Positions 1 through 9,538 of a stretch of DNA of 64,000 bases are shown piece by piece. A program made the position numbers and the translations under genes. Origin of the DNA: Acutalibacteraceae bacterium (lineage in GTDB: Bacteria > Bacillota > Clostridia > Oscillospirales > Acutalibacteraceae). The stretch covers positions 17,519-81,518 of the forward strand of contig JAZSCL010000047.1 of the NCBI GenBank assembly GCA_045602905.1. The letters run 5' to 3'. The stretch's first letter is position 1; every line of letters begins with the position of its first letter. Under the pieces are notes generated by a model, which was given only the letters and a program-made list of their open reading frames with translations, made no database searches and was not told the DNA's origin.

Positions 1-1
1 T

Positions 2-619
2 AAAAACAAGGCGTTTGAAGGTATGCTCTGCAAATTTATGGCGAGCTTCGGCTTTGTTTCTGTTGCCGTTGTGGGCTACGGAATGAATCCCATCAATACA
101 TATTATTTTGTGCTCATATGCTTTGCGTTGCTGTTCGGATTTTGCGGCGATATTCTTCTGGGCATAAAAGAGGTTGCTCCGACCTTCAAGGGTCAGCTCG
201 TTCCGCTCGGAACGCTTTATTTCCTTGTGAGCCATATATTCTGTTTGTGTGCATTCATCGAAACGAGCGGATTCAATGTTGTTGCGCTCATAATCGGAAT
301 ATGCGGAATCGGTCTTGCGGCACTTTTAATGAAAGTGCTCCGTATGAAGATTGACGGCAAGCTGAAAATCGTTATGGCGGTTTATTACGGCGCTCTGTTC
401 TACAAGGCTGCTGCTGCAGGAGCTATGGCAATTGTAATGAAAAATCCCGCAAGCATTGTTGCTTTTGTCGGCTCGATTCTGTTCCTTATCAGCGACACTT
501 GTCTCGGTATGCTTTATTTTACCCCCGTTAAAAGAAAGAATGTTTGGGTAACGGTTGAGCTTTCAACCTATTATCCTGCTCAGATTCTGCTTGCAATGTC
601 TGTTGCGCTTATGAAATAA
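2..619 (+). CDS. YhhN/lysoplasmalogenase-like membrane protein, 5'-truncated by the window edge
   Basis: Multi-TM protein with GDILL, FLVSH and LFLISD motifs typical of YhhN. The frame stays open upstream of ATG 23 to the window start (KNKAFEG). Confidence 0.7.
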   Translation, partial: KNKAFEGMLCKFMASFGFVSVAVVGYGMNPINTYYFVLICFALLFGFCGDILLGIKEVAPTFKGQLVPLGTLYFLVSHIFCLCAFIETSGFNVVALIIGICGIGLAALLMKVLRMKIDGKLKIVMAVYYGALFYKAAAAGAMAIVMKNPASIVAFVGSILFLISDTCLGMLYFTPVKRKNVWVTVELSTYYPAQILLAMSVALMK

Positions 620-637
620 AAAAGGAGTTAGAAAATT

Positions 638-2008
638 ATGGTTTTATCTAAAATTGTTGTGGCAATTTTATCAATGTTCATGCCCTTGATTATTGCAATT
701 AACGGTGTTTCGGTTTCTGTTCCGTTCTTTACGGATACAGTTGAAACGGAGTATGCTTTTTCAAACGAAAATGCAGGCTCTGCGGCAGGCACAGTTACCG
801 TTGAGGCGAAAATCGGCGGAACATATAATCTTTTCTGGGGCGATGAAGACGGTAAAAAGCTTTTCGTTGATGTTAAAGGCAAAAAGGCTTATTACAGCGA
901 GTTTGCACAGGTTGTTGTAAGCAACGGAGAAGGAAGTGCTGAAATCATCAGCTTCACAGCTATTCCCGAAGGTGCGGAAACCGTTCTTACGCTTAAAAAC
1001 GGAATTGTTGCGGATGTAACCGAAATCCCCGAAAATAAAATTGCGGATTACGGCAAAAGGGAATACAACTTCGGCGCACTCAGCGACCTTCACTTCAACA
1101 GATACAACGGCTCTCTTTCGGGAGACGATGCAACCGTCACATTCCCCAATGCTCTGAATTTTATTGATGCTTTTGATGTTGAGCTTGTCGGAATGTCAGG
1201 CGATATTTCCGCAGACGGTGAAAGAGATGCTTTTGAAAAGTTCAACACGATTTCTTCAAACTACGATTTTCCTGTTTACACCTGCACGGGTAACCACGAT
1301 GTAAGTGAATATTATGAGCTCGAAAACTGGCAGGAGCTTGTTAATGCGGGCGTGTACGGAGAAACAAAGGCAGACGGTGTTAAATCGGTTGCAAAAAACG
1401 GACTCGATTTTGTTTATGCACCTGATGCGGCAAATGGCGATGCTTTCATCTTCCTTTCACAGTATCAGTGGGATTACGGTAATGCCCAGACAAGCCGGAT
1501 TCTGAAGGATGAGCAGCTTGACTGGCTTGAAGCACAGCTTGAAACATATAAGGACTCAAGTGTATTTCTTTTCTTCCACACTTTCCTTGCAAATGCAGAG
1601 GGTGAGCCTATGATGGGCGAAGGAAATCTTCTTACCGAAAAAGGACATCACTATGACCTTGTTTTTACTCCCGGCGCACCCGATGAAATTCGTTTCAGAG
1701 GAATGATGGATAAATACGAAAATGTTGTTTTCTTTAACGGTCATTCCCATTGGGCATATTCTATGCAAAAAATCAATCCTCAGCTCAATATAACGGACCA
1801 TAACGGCACATACGCAACAATGGTTCATCTTTCGAGTGTATCTTCTCCCAGAACAACAGCCATCAATTCCGACGATACAACCGAGAATTATATGCGTAAA
1901 TCCGAAGGTATGGTTATTACCGTTTATGAGGATTGCATTGTATTAACAGCCTGCGATTTTCTCAGAGGTGAGCTTCTTGCCTATGCAACATACGTTGTTG
2001 AAAGATGA
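638..2008 (+). CDS. Exported calcineurin-like metallophosphoesterase
   Basis: Metal motifs SDLH, SGDIS, GNHD, FFHT, NGHSH. Hydrophobic N-terminus. RBS AAGGAG. Confidence 0.85.
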   Translation: MVLSKIVVAILSMFMPLIIAINGVSVSVPFFTDTVETEYAFSNENAGSAAGTVTVEAKIGGTYNLFWGDEDGKKLFVDVKGKKAYYSEFAQVVVSNGEGSAEIISFTAIPEGAETVLTLKNGIVADVTEIPENKIADYGKREYNFGALSDLHFNRYNGSLSGDDATVTFPNALNFIDAFDVELVGMSGDISADGERDAFEKFNTISSNYDFPVYTCTGNHDVSEYYELENWQELVNAGVYGETKADGVKSVAKNGLDFVYAPDAANGDAFIFLSQYQWDYGNAQTSRILKDEQLDWLEAQLETYKDSSVFLFFHTFLANAEGEPMMGEGNLLTEKGHHYDLVFTPGAPDEIRFRGMMDKYENVVFFNGHSHWAYSMQKINPQLNITDHNGTYATMVHLSSVSSPRTTAINSDDTTENYMRKSEGMVITVYEDCIVLTACDFLRGELLAYATYVVER

Positions 2009-2232
2009 GGAGAATGATTGTGAAAAGATTTATTTTTTACATTGCATTGTTTTTGTCAGGTGTAATCGGTGTTTTCGGAACTCTTACCGCATGTTGCGGA
2101 GCTCTCCCCGGAGTGAGTAATGCACTGAGTTTTGTTGATACTGAATGGGAAATTACGCTTTTGGTGATTTCTGCGGCGGTTATGCTTTACGGACTTATAC
2201 AATGTATAATCGAACTGAAAAAAGAGAAATAA
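2005..2232 (+). CDS. Small 2-TM hypothetical membrane protein
   Basis: ATGA overlap with the upstream stop, GAGGAG RBS nearby, two hydrophobic helices and a basic tail. True start may be a few codons downstream. Confidence 0.6.
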   Translation: MRRMIVKRFIFYIALFLSGVIGVFGTLTACCGALPGVSNALSFVDTEWEITLLVISAAVMLYGLIQCIIELKKEK

Positions 2233-2255
2233 CAAGATGTTTCTTTTTGAACATA

Positions 2256-2288
2256 AAAAAATGCTGCTTCATCTGAGGCAGCATTTTT
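2256..2288. terminator. Bidirectional intrinsic terminator
   Basis: AAAAATGCTGCTTCA-TC-TGAGGCAGCATTTTT between convergent genes. Confidence 0.85.
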
Positions 2289-2306
2289 GTTTTTTACGCA
2301 ATATTT

Positions 2307-3083
2307 TTAAGCTCTGTTGTTGTCTTTAATCCGCTTGATAGCACCTTTTTCAAGCCTTGAAACCTGAGCCTGAGAAATTCCTATTTCGTTTGCAACCTCC
2401 ATCTGAGTTTTGCCCTGCATGAAACGCAGATGAAGAATTTTCTTCTCTCTGGGATTCAAATCCTTTATTGATTGTTTAAGAATTATTTCATCAAGCCAGC
2501 TTTCATCGCTCTCGCTGTCACCTATCTGGTCCATAACATAAATTGTGTCACCGCCGTCGGAATAAACGGGTTCATTCAGAGAAACAGGCTCAACTATTGC
2601 ATCAAGAGCAATGACAACGCTCTCTTTTTCTATGCCTAATTCTTTGGCTATTTCTTCGGGTGTGGGGTCGCGTTCAAGCTCATTTATCAGTTTTTCGCGA
2701 ACCTGCATTGCATGATATGCCGTATCTCTTACCGAACGGCTTACCCTGACGGGGTTGTTATCCCTGAGATGCCGTCTCACTTCTCCTATAATCATCGGGC
2801 ACGCATAGGTGCTGAACCGTACATCAAGCGATAAATCAAAGTTATCGATTGCTTTTATAAGACCTATGCATCCTACCTGAAAAAGGTCATCAGGATTTTC
2901 GCCTCTGTTTGCAAAGCGTTGAATAACACTTAAAACAAGCCTCAGGTTACCGGTAACCAGATCTTCCCTTGCTTTTTTATCTCCTGCCCGTGCTTTCTTT
3001 AAAAGCTCCATTTTTTCGCTTTCTTTAAGAACTTTGAGTTTGGCGGTGTTCACTCCGCAAATCTCAACCTTGTTGAACTGCAA
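2307..3083 (-). CDS. sigG: Sporulation sigma factor SigG
   Basis: N-terminal NKVEICGVNTAKL, GNLRLVLSVIQRF, DDLFQVGCIGL and TQMEVANEIGISQAQVSRLEK. TTG start at 3083 behind AGGAGG. Confidence 0.95.
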   Translation of the reverse strand: MQFNKVEICGVNTAKLKVLKESEKMELLKKARAGDKKAREDLVTGNLRLVLSVIQRFANRGENPDDLFQVGCIGLIKAIDNFDLSLDVRFSTYACPMIIGEVRRHLRDNNPVRVSRSVRDTAYHAMQVREKLINELERDPTPEEIAKELGIEKESVVIALDAIVEPVSLNEPVYSDGGDTIYVMDQIGDSESDESWLDEIILKQSIKDLNPREKKILHLRFMQGKTQMEVANEIGISQAQVSRLEKGAIKRIKDNNRA

Positions 3084-3105
3084 AAAAATCCCTCCTGTCA
3101 ATAAG

Positions 3106-3134
3106 AGTATTACCCGATTGAAAGAAGGTTATTA
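3106..3134 (-). promoter_or_regulatory. SigF/SigG-type promoter of sigG
   Basis: Minus strand TAATA-N15-GGTAATACT resembles the SigF consensus GYATA-N15-GGnnAnAHT. Confidence 0.5.
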
Positions 3135-3170
3135 AATAAAAAACCAAAAAAAATTCAAACAATAAAAAAC

Positions 3171-3220
3171 GAGAAAAACAGAGAAAAGAAGAGTAAAACA
3201 GAGTAAATCAAAGTAAATTA
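3171..3220. repeat. Five degenerate 10-bp tandem repeats (RAGWAAAnnA)
   Basis: GAGAAAAACA GAGAAAAGAA GAGTAAAACA GAGTAAATCA AAGTAAATTA read directly from the sequence. Confidence 0.75.
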
Positions 3221-3272
3221 TTTGAATAATTCCGAGGATGACGGATTTTTCACGGATTTGTTAAAAAAATTG

Positions 3273-3301
3273 TTGACATTTGCAAGTTTTTGCTCTATAT
3301 T
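3273..3301 (+). promoter_or_regulatory. SigA promoter of potABCD
   Basis: TTGACA-N17-TATATT. Confidence 0.7.
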
Positions 3302-3363
3302 TTATTATATTATATAATTAGCCGCTTAGCCGTTTCCGGCAAAGGCAGAGAGGGGCTGCATAA

Positions 3364-4488
3364 TTGAACAAAAATGCGATTATTGATTTGAAAAACATTT
3401 CCGTTACATTCGGAAATAACCAGGTGCTTAAAAATCTTAACCTCTATATTCGCGACAAGGAGTTTATAACCTTCCTTGGTCCCTCAGGCTGCGGAAAAAC
3501 CACAACCCTGAGAATTATTGCGGGATTCATCGAGCCTGATGAAGGAGAGGTTATTTTTGAGGGCAAAAAAATAAATGGTGTTCCTCCTCATAAAAGGCAG
3601 GTTAACACTATTTTTCAGCGTTATGCCCTTTTTCCCCACCTTAATGTTTACGAAAATGTTGCTTTCGGATTAAGAATAAAAAAAGTTCCGGAAAAGCAGA
3701 TTAAAGAAACTGTTGAAGAAATGCTCGCTCTGGTTAATCTTACCGGCTTCAACAAGCGTAATATAAATTCACTTTCGGGCGGTCAGCAGCAGCGAGTTGC
3801 AATTGCCCGTGCACTTGCAGTTAAACCCCGAGTGCTTCTTCTTGACGAACCTCTCGGCGCACTTGACCTCAAGCTCCGCAAGGATATGCAGGCAGAGCTT
3901 AAAAAGATTCAGCAGAGACTCGGCATCACCTTCGTTTATGTTACCCATGACCAGGAGGAAGCTCTTTCCATGTCTGATACCGTTGTTGTTATGGACGGCG
4001 GTGTTATTCAGCAAATAGGCACTCCGCTCGATATCTACAACGAGCCTAAAAACGCATTCGTTGCCGATTTTATAGGTGAGAGTAATATCCTTGACGGCGT
4101 TATGATTGATGACTGCCTTGTTGATTTTTCGGGTCACAGATTCGAATGTCTCGATAAAGGCTTCGGCAAGAATGAAGCGGTTGATGTTGTTGTGCGTCCC
4201 GAGGACGTGGATGTTGTTGATGTTGAAAAAGGAATGCTCTGCGGCGTTGTTACATCGGTAACATTCAAGGGTGTTCACTTTGAAATCATCGTTGATATCG
4301 GCGGCTTCAAGTGGATGATTCAGACAACGGATTATCAGCCCGAAGGCAAAAAAATCGGACTTTTCATTGAGCCCGATGCAATCCACATTATGAAAAAATC
4401 CGAATATTCGGGTATTTACGGCGACTACAGCTCCTTCAGTGAAGAATTTGACGAGCTTTCCAATGTGGAAGAGGAGGTAGAGGAATGA
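3364..4488 (+). CDS. potA: Spermidine/putrescine ABC transporter ATPase
   Basis: Walker [31 protein letters not shown]-terminal TOBE-like region. TTG start. Confidence 0.93.
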   Translation: MNKNAIIDLKNISVTFGNNQVLKNLNLYIRDKEFITFLGPSGCGKTTTLRIIAGFIEPDEGEVIFEGKKINGVPPHKRQVNTIFQRYALFPHLNVYENVAFGLRIKKVPEKQIKETVEEMLALVNLTGFNKRNINSLSGGQQQRVAIARALAVKPRVLLLDEPLGALDLKLRKDMQAELKKIQQRLGITFVYVTHDQEEALSMSDTVVVMDGGVIQQIGTPLDIYNEPKNAFVADFIGESNILDGVMIDDCLVDFSGHRFECLDKGFGKNEAVDVVVRPEDVDVVDVEKGMLCGVVTSVTFKGVHFEIIVDIGGFKWMIQTTDYQPEGKKIGLFIEPDAIHIMKKSEYSGIYGDYSSFSEEFDELSNVEEEVEE

Positions 4489-5309
4489 ACAACCGCTCTT
4501 CTTTAAAGTCAAAGCTGGTTGCCTCGCCTTATATCGTATGGTCGGCTCTCTTTATTATTGCACCGCTGATTTTTGTTGTTTATTATTCCTTTACCGATGC
4601 TGCGGGAAATTTCACATTTGAAAACATAATGTCGCTGAGCAAATATGCTCCCACATTTCTTCGCTCAATTTGGTTCGGAATCGTTGCAACGGTTATCTGT
4701 CTTCTGATTGCGTTTCCCATTGCATATATAATTTCGCAGAAAACAGAGAAGGTTCAGCGAACACTCGTTATGCTTGTTATGCTTCCGATGTGGATGAGTT
4801 TCCTCATCAGAACTTATTCATGGATGGCGCTTTTGCAGGATACGGGTATAATCAACAATTTCCTTGGCAAATTCGGTATTGAACCGATACATATGATAAA
4901 TACCTCGGGTGCGGTTATTCTGGGCATGGTTTATAATTTCCTGCCCTATATGATAATGCCGATTTATTCCGTTATGGCGAAGCTTGACCACAGTATGGTT
5001 GAAGCTTGCCAGGATCTGGGCGGCAACAGATTGACTGTTATCAGACGATGCATTATTCCCATGAGTATGCCCGGCATTGTTTCGGGTATAACAATGGTAT
5101 TTGTTCCGTCTGTAAGTACATTCTATATTTCTCAGAAGCTGGGCGGCGGTTCGTTTGACCTTATCGGTGACGTTATCGAAAGGCAGTTCCAGCAGTCCTA
5201 TAACTATAATCTCGGTGCTTCCATTTCTCTTGTGCTGATGATACTCATTCTTATCTGCATGGCGGTTATGAACCGTTTTTCGGGTGATGAGGAGGGCATG
5301 GTTATATGA
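4485..5309 (+). CDS. potB: Spermidine/putrescine ABC permease
   Basis: [14 protein letters not shown] motif, EAA loop EACQDLGG, operon position. Confidence 0.92.
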   Translation: MNNRSSLKSKLVASPYIVWSALFIIAPLIFVVYYSFTDAAGNFTFENIMSLSKYAPTFLRSIWFGIVATVICLLIAFPIAYIISQKTEKVQRTLVMLVMLPMWMSFLIRTYSWMALLQDTGIINNFLGKFGIEPIHMINTSGAVILGMVYNFLPYMIMPIYSVMAKLDHSMVEACQDLGGNRLTVIRRCIIPMSMPGIVSGITMVFVPSVSTFYISQKLGGGSFDLIGDVIERQFQQSYNYNLGASISLVLMILILICMAVMNRFSGDEEGMVI

Positions 5310-6109
5310 AAATTGCATCAAAGATTTATACGGGTCTTGTTTTTGCGTTTCTGTATGCGCCCATAGTTGTAATGATTCTTTTTTCATTCAACACAACAAC
5401 AAGCACAAGCGTTTTTTCGGGATTTTCTCTTCAGTGGTATAAATCCCTTTTCGAGGATGAAGCAACTCTGCGTGCTCTCTATAACACGGTTATTCTTGCG
5501 GTGAGTTCATCCGTTATTGCAACGGTTCTCGGAACTGCCGCTGCAGTGGGCATTGACAAAATGCGCAAAGGTGCGCTTCGTTCGGGTCTTATGGCAACAA
5601 CCAATATCCCAATGATGAATCCCGAAATCGTTACGGGTATATCAATGATGCTTCTGTTTGTTTTTGTTGGCAGAATTGTCAGCGATGATGCTGTTCTCGG
5701 CTTCGGAACTCTTCTTATTGCTCACGTTACATTCAACTTACCTTATATTATACTTAATGTTCTTCCCAAGCTTCGCCAAACAGACAGAAATCTTGCCGAA
5801 GCGGCACAGGATTTGGGATGCAAGCCTTTTATGGCATTCTTTAAGGTGGTTTTACCGTCGATTATGCCCGGTATAATAACAGGCATGATTACGGCATTCA
5901 CTCTTTCGCTGGATGATTTTATTATCAGCTATTTCACCAGCGGTCCCGGTTTCCAGACCCTTCCCATTGCCATTTTCTCAATGACCAAAAAGAGGGTCAA
6001 GCCGGATATGTATGCACTTTCCGCTTTGATTTTCGTAAGTATTCTACTGCTTCTTATTCTTTATAATGCCGCTCAGGCAAAGAGTGAGGAGAAATCAAAA
6101 AAGAAGTGA
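5306..6109 (+). CDS. potC: Spermidine/putrescine ABC permease
   Basis: FLYAPI, EAAQDLG, AFTLSLDDF motifs. Confidence 0.92.
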   Translation: MKIASKIYTGLVFAFLYAPIVVMILFSFNTTTSTSVFSGFSLQWYKSLFEDEATLRALYNTVILAVSSSVIATVLGTAAAVGIDKMRKGALRSGLMATTNIPMMNPEIVTGISMMLLFVFVGRIVSDDAVLGFGTLLIAHVTFNLPYIILNVLPKLRQTDRNLAEAAQDLGCKPFMAFFKVVLPSIMPGIITGMITAFTLSLDDFIISYFTSGPGFQTLPIAIFSMTKKRVKPDMYALSALIFVSILLLLILYNAAQAKSEEKSKKK

Positions 6110-6137
6110 AAAGTTTTTCCATAAGGAGTGACTTTCA

Positions 6138-7400
6138 GTGAAAAAAATTGTATCCGCATTTTTTGCGGTGCTTATTGCTCTTGTTCCCTGCACACTTGCA
6201 TTTGCGGCTGAGCAAAGCGATATTGATGCCCTCAGAGGCACAACCCTCTATGTTTATAACTGGGGCGAATATATTTCTGACGGTGCGGACGATACTCTTG
6301 ATGTCAATGCCGCATTCGAAGAAAAATACGGCATCAGCGTTATCTATGACACATACGATAACAACGAGGTTATGTATTCAAAGCTTAAGGGCGGCGGAGT
6401 TTCATATGATATCATTATACCGTCGGACTACATGATTCAGCGAATGATTACCGAAGGAATGCTTGATAAAATCGATTTTGATAACATTCCCAACTACAAA
6501 TATATCCCGGAAAAATACAAGAATCTTGCCCATGACCCCAAAAATGAATATTCCGTACCCTATACAGTCGGCATGGTCGGTCTTATTTATAACACCACAA
6601 TGGTTGAAGAAGCACCTGACAGCTGGACGGCACTCTGGGATGAGGATTATTCCAACAGCATTCTGATGTTCAATAATCCCCGTGATGCTTTTGCAATTGC
6701 ACAAAGCGTTCTCGGAATGGACTATAACAACGAATCAGAAATGTCGTGGAGAGTTGCGGCGGAGCTTCTCAAAGAGCAGAAGAGCATTTCTCCCGCATAT
6801 GTCAACGATGAAATCTTTCTTAAGATGGAATCGGGCGAGGCTGCAATGGGACCCTACTATGCAGGTGATTTTCTAACAATGCAGGACAACAATCCCGACC
6901 TTGATTTTGTTTATCCTAAGGAAGGCGTAAATTTCTTTGTTGACGGTGTTTGCATTCCTAAGGGTGCAAAAAATAAACTTGCGGCGGAGCTTTATATCAA
7001 CTTCCTTCTTGAACCTGATGTAGCGCTTGCCAATGCGGAATATATCTGCTATGCAAGCCCGCACACAGAGGTTTATACAAATCCCGAATACTCCTATTAT
7101 CAGAATGAGATTCTCTATCCCGAAGACGGGAAATTTAAAACACAGCTTTTCCTTAATCTTAATCCCGAGATACTTGCTCTTATGAGTACACTCTGGGATG
7201 ATGTCAAGAATCATGTTCCCTCAGGCACGGGAAACAAAGCATTCTTCTTTGGCGGAGACGATTCCGCAATTGCTGATGACGGCGAAGTAATGACTCCCGA
7301 GGCAAAGAGATACGCTCTTTATATCGGAATATTTATTTTGGCTTGTCTTGCATATGTAGTTTTCAGATACGCAAGGAAAAAGTACAGAGAGAACGCATAA
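6138..7400 (+). CDS. potD: Spermidine/putrescine-binding protein with C-terminal TM anchor
   Basis: LYVYNWGEYI, YDIIIPSDYMI, YSVPY, YPKEG motifs. Sec signal (AFA-A) with no lipobox. Extra C-terminal TM and basic tail. Confidence 0.9.
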   Translation: MKKIVSAFFAVLIALVPCTLAFAAEQSDIDALRGTTLYVYNWGEYISDGADDTLDVNAAFEEKYGISVIYDTYDNNEVMYSKLKGGGVSYDIIIPSDYMIQRMITEGMLDKIDFDNIPNYKYIPEKYKNLAHDPKNEYSVPYTVGMVGLIYNTTMVEEAPDSWTALWDEDYSNSILMFNNPRDAFAIAQSVLGMDYNNESEMSWRVAAELLKEQKSISPAYVNDEIFLKMESGEAAMGPYYAGDFLTMQDNNPDLDFVYPKEGVNFFVDGVCIPKGAKNKLAAELYINFLLEPDVALANAEYICYASPHTEVYTNPEYSYYQNEILYPEDGKFKTQLFLNLNPEILALMSTLWDDVKNHVPSGTGNKAFFFGGDDSAIADDGEVMTPEAKRYALYIGIFILACLAYVVFRYARKKYRENA

Positions 7401-7405
7401 AAAAT

Positions 7406-7429
7406 ACGGCAGTCCAATTGGACTGCCGT
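7406..7429. terminator. Bidirectional terminator
   Basis: ACGGCAGTCC-AATT-GGACTGCCGT flanked by A and T runs between convergent genes. Confidence 0.85.
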
Positions 7430-7440
7430 TAATTTTTTGC

Positions 7441-8682
7441 TTACTGTTTTGCGCCGTCATCAAACATTTCAAGCATCTTAACACTTGCTGCGAAGCAATT
7501 TTCAATGCCTTTTTCGTTCATGTTTGTGTATGTATCGAGTCTTGTGTGGTAGTAACGCTCAAGCTTGTGGTTAAGACCTGTTACACCCGCAGCTCGGAAA
7601 CCGCCCTGAGTGAATCCTGCTGCGTCAACAGCACCGCCGAGGGGAGGAACACCGCCCTTTTTGCAGGGAACGCCGACTGCCTTTGCAGCTTCCATAAAGA
7701 GGTCAGCACAGTCTTTGTCACTTCTTACCGTACCGTTAAGGTCATAGTAGTTTGACATAAGATATTTGGGGTCGTTAATTGTGTCGTAAGCATAGATGAA
7801 AGTAGGAACATCCTTGAATTCATCCTTGTGCATTTCTGCCCAAGCCTTTGAGCCTCTGAGACCGATTTCCTCAGAACCTGTAAGAATAACGCCGACTTCG
7901 GTGTTTTCGAGTTCGATACCCTCATCCTTGAGATACTTGAGAACTGCGATGCCCATGTAGCAGCCGGTGAGGTTATCATTTGCACCGTCAACAACTCTGC
8001 GGTAGTTAACCATGAAGTAAAGACCGATTGAGAAGGGGAGAGTAACAAGTCCCCAAAGACCTGCCTTAACAAGGGGGTCTGATGTGTCGGGCATACCGAA
8101 AGTTATGCCGTTCTTAACAACATATATAATTGAAAGAACAAGATAGAAAAGGGCTGCACCGATTACGATAATTGCGTGACCTTCAAAGCCTATGCCGCCG
8201 AGAGCGTAGTTAACGGGCCATTCCCATGTTGCGTCGGGGTGACCGTTATAGATGATTCTTCTCTTGACTTCACCTTTGCACTTTTTGATAGCGGTAACGT
8301 TGTGGCTTGTTTTCTTGGGGAAAAGGGGATCGAGGAGCTTTTTATAAAGACCAAACTGAATAAGAACAATTGCAAAGCCTGCAATAAGAAGAGGAATTGA
8401 AATAATGGGAGCAAACGGAAAGAGAATTGCGCCGAGAATCGCAAAAGTGATTGTGAAATAAATCCAGCCATAGAAGGCTCTGGGTGCAACTTCGAAAGAT
8501 TCGATTTTAACATCCTCACAGCCACAGTCTTCTTTGAGAACTTTTGCCATGTATTCGCAGGATTTCTTTTCGCCCTCTGAACCGGGATCTCTTTTGCCGC
8601 AGGTTTTGATGATGTGAGTAATCTCATCAATTATGTATTTTGCGGCGGAATTTTTTTTGTTGATAACTTTTTTTAAGTCCAT
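7441..8682 (-). CDS. Membrane-embedded M28/M20-family zinc peptidase
   Basis: R-x-PGSEGE, GHPD, GANDNLTG, GSEEIGLRGS, YYHTRLD motifs, with internal TM helices. Confidence 0.85.
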   Translation of the reverse strand: MDLKKVINKKNSAAKYIIDEITHIIKTCGKRDPGSEGEKKSCEYMAKVLKEDCGCEDVKIESFEVAPRAFYGWIYFTITFAILGAILFPFAPIISIPLLIAGFAIVLIQFGLYKKLLDPLFPKKTSHNVTAIKKCKGEVKRRIIYNGHPDATWEWPVNYALGGIGFEGHAIIVIGAALFYLVLSIIYVVKNGITFGMPDTSDPLVKAGLWGLVTLPFSIGLYFMVNYRRVVDGANDNLTGCYMGIAVLKYLKDEGIELENTEVGVILTGSEEIGLRGSKAWAEMHKDEFKDVPTFIYAYDTINDPKYLMSNYYDLNGTVRSDKDCADLFMEAAKAVGVPCKKGGVPPLGGAVDAAGFTQGGFRAAGVTGLNHKLERYYHTRLDTYTNMNEKGIENCFAASVKMLEMFDDGAKQ

Positions 8683-8713
8683 TTATATTTCTCCTTCACA
8701 ATAATCTAACAAA

Positions 8714-8742
8714 ATTTTAACATTCCGAATGGCTTTTGTCAA
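8714..8742 (-). promoter_or_regulatory. SigA promoter of the M28 peptidase
   Basis: TTGACA-N17-TAAAAT with TG extension. Confidence 0.7.
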
Positions 8743-8779
8743 TTATTTCAGAGGTTACTGTTACACATTTTTAAAAAAA

Positions 8780-9538
8780 TTAAACAAGCTCAATATCAGC
8801 ATATGCGGCAAAGTGGTCTGAATAGTACCTGCCGTTAATCATTTTGTTGACAACCTTGAATCTTACGGGTCTGACTGTTGCTTCGTCAACAAAAACAAAG
8901 TCTATGGTTTCTCTGATTTCCTCGGGTCTGAAGCCATGGAAAGTGTAGCTGTCATCGGTATCGGGAGCAAGCTTTCTGGCGTCTCTCATATTGCCGCTCA
9001 CCATTGTGTTGTAGCAGTCGGAATCCTGAAAAACATTGAAATCGCCTGTGCATACAACAGGCACACCGCCGAAGGATGCAGCTTTCTGTTGAATCATCTT
9101 GACTCCTTCATTTCGTGCGATTACACCGATGTGGTCAAGATGAGTGTTGAAATGAACATAGGATTCACCGGTTTTCTTGTCGGTGAGTTTAACATAGGAT
9201 GCAACTCTTACACATGCTGCGTCCCAGCCTTTACCTGGTTTGTCAGGAGTTTCGGAAAGCCAGAAATTTCCGCTGTCGCTTGCTGTGAACTTATCTTTTT
9301 TATAGAACACAGCCGAGAATTCTCCTCTTTTTTTGCCGTCATCTCTGCCTACTCCGACATAATCATATTCCGGAAGGTTTTTGGCAAGCTTTTTCATCCA
9401 TTCATAATGAGCTTCCTGCACACCGAATGAATCGGGATTTGTTTCACGGATGATTTGGTAAACAAGGGGAGCTCTTTTTGTCCATTTTCTGTGTTTTCTG
9501 CCGTAGCAAAGCAGATTGAATGTCATTACTCTGTACAT
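8780..9538 (-). CDS. Endonuclease/exonuclease/phosphatase (EEP) family protein, cytoplasmic
   Basis: VMTFN, GVQE, FWLSETP, NTHLDH, TGDFN, IDFVF, SDH motifs. No leader. Confidence 0.9.
   Translation of the reverse strand: MYRVMTFNLLCYGRKHRKWTKRAPLVYQIIRETNPDSFGVQEAHYEWMKKLAKNLPEYDYVGVGRDDGKKRGEFSAVFYKKDKFTASDSGNFWLSETPDKPGKGWDAACVRVASYVKLTDKKTGESYVHFNTHLDHIGVIARNEGVKMIQQKAASFGGVPVVCTGDFNVFQDSDCYNTMVSGNMRDARKLAPDTDDSYTFHGFRPEEIRETIDFVFVDEATVRPVRFKVVNKMINGRYYSDHFAAYADIELV

Noticed and set aside
3171-3220. CRISPR array or iterons
   Set aside because: The units are 10 bp, degenerate and have no spacers. No cas or rep gene is nearby.
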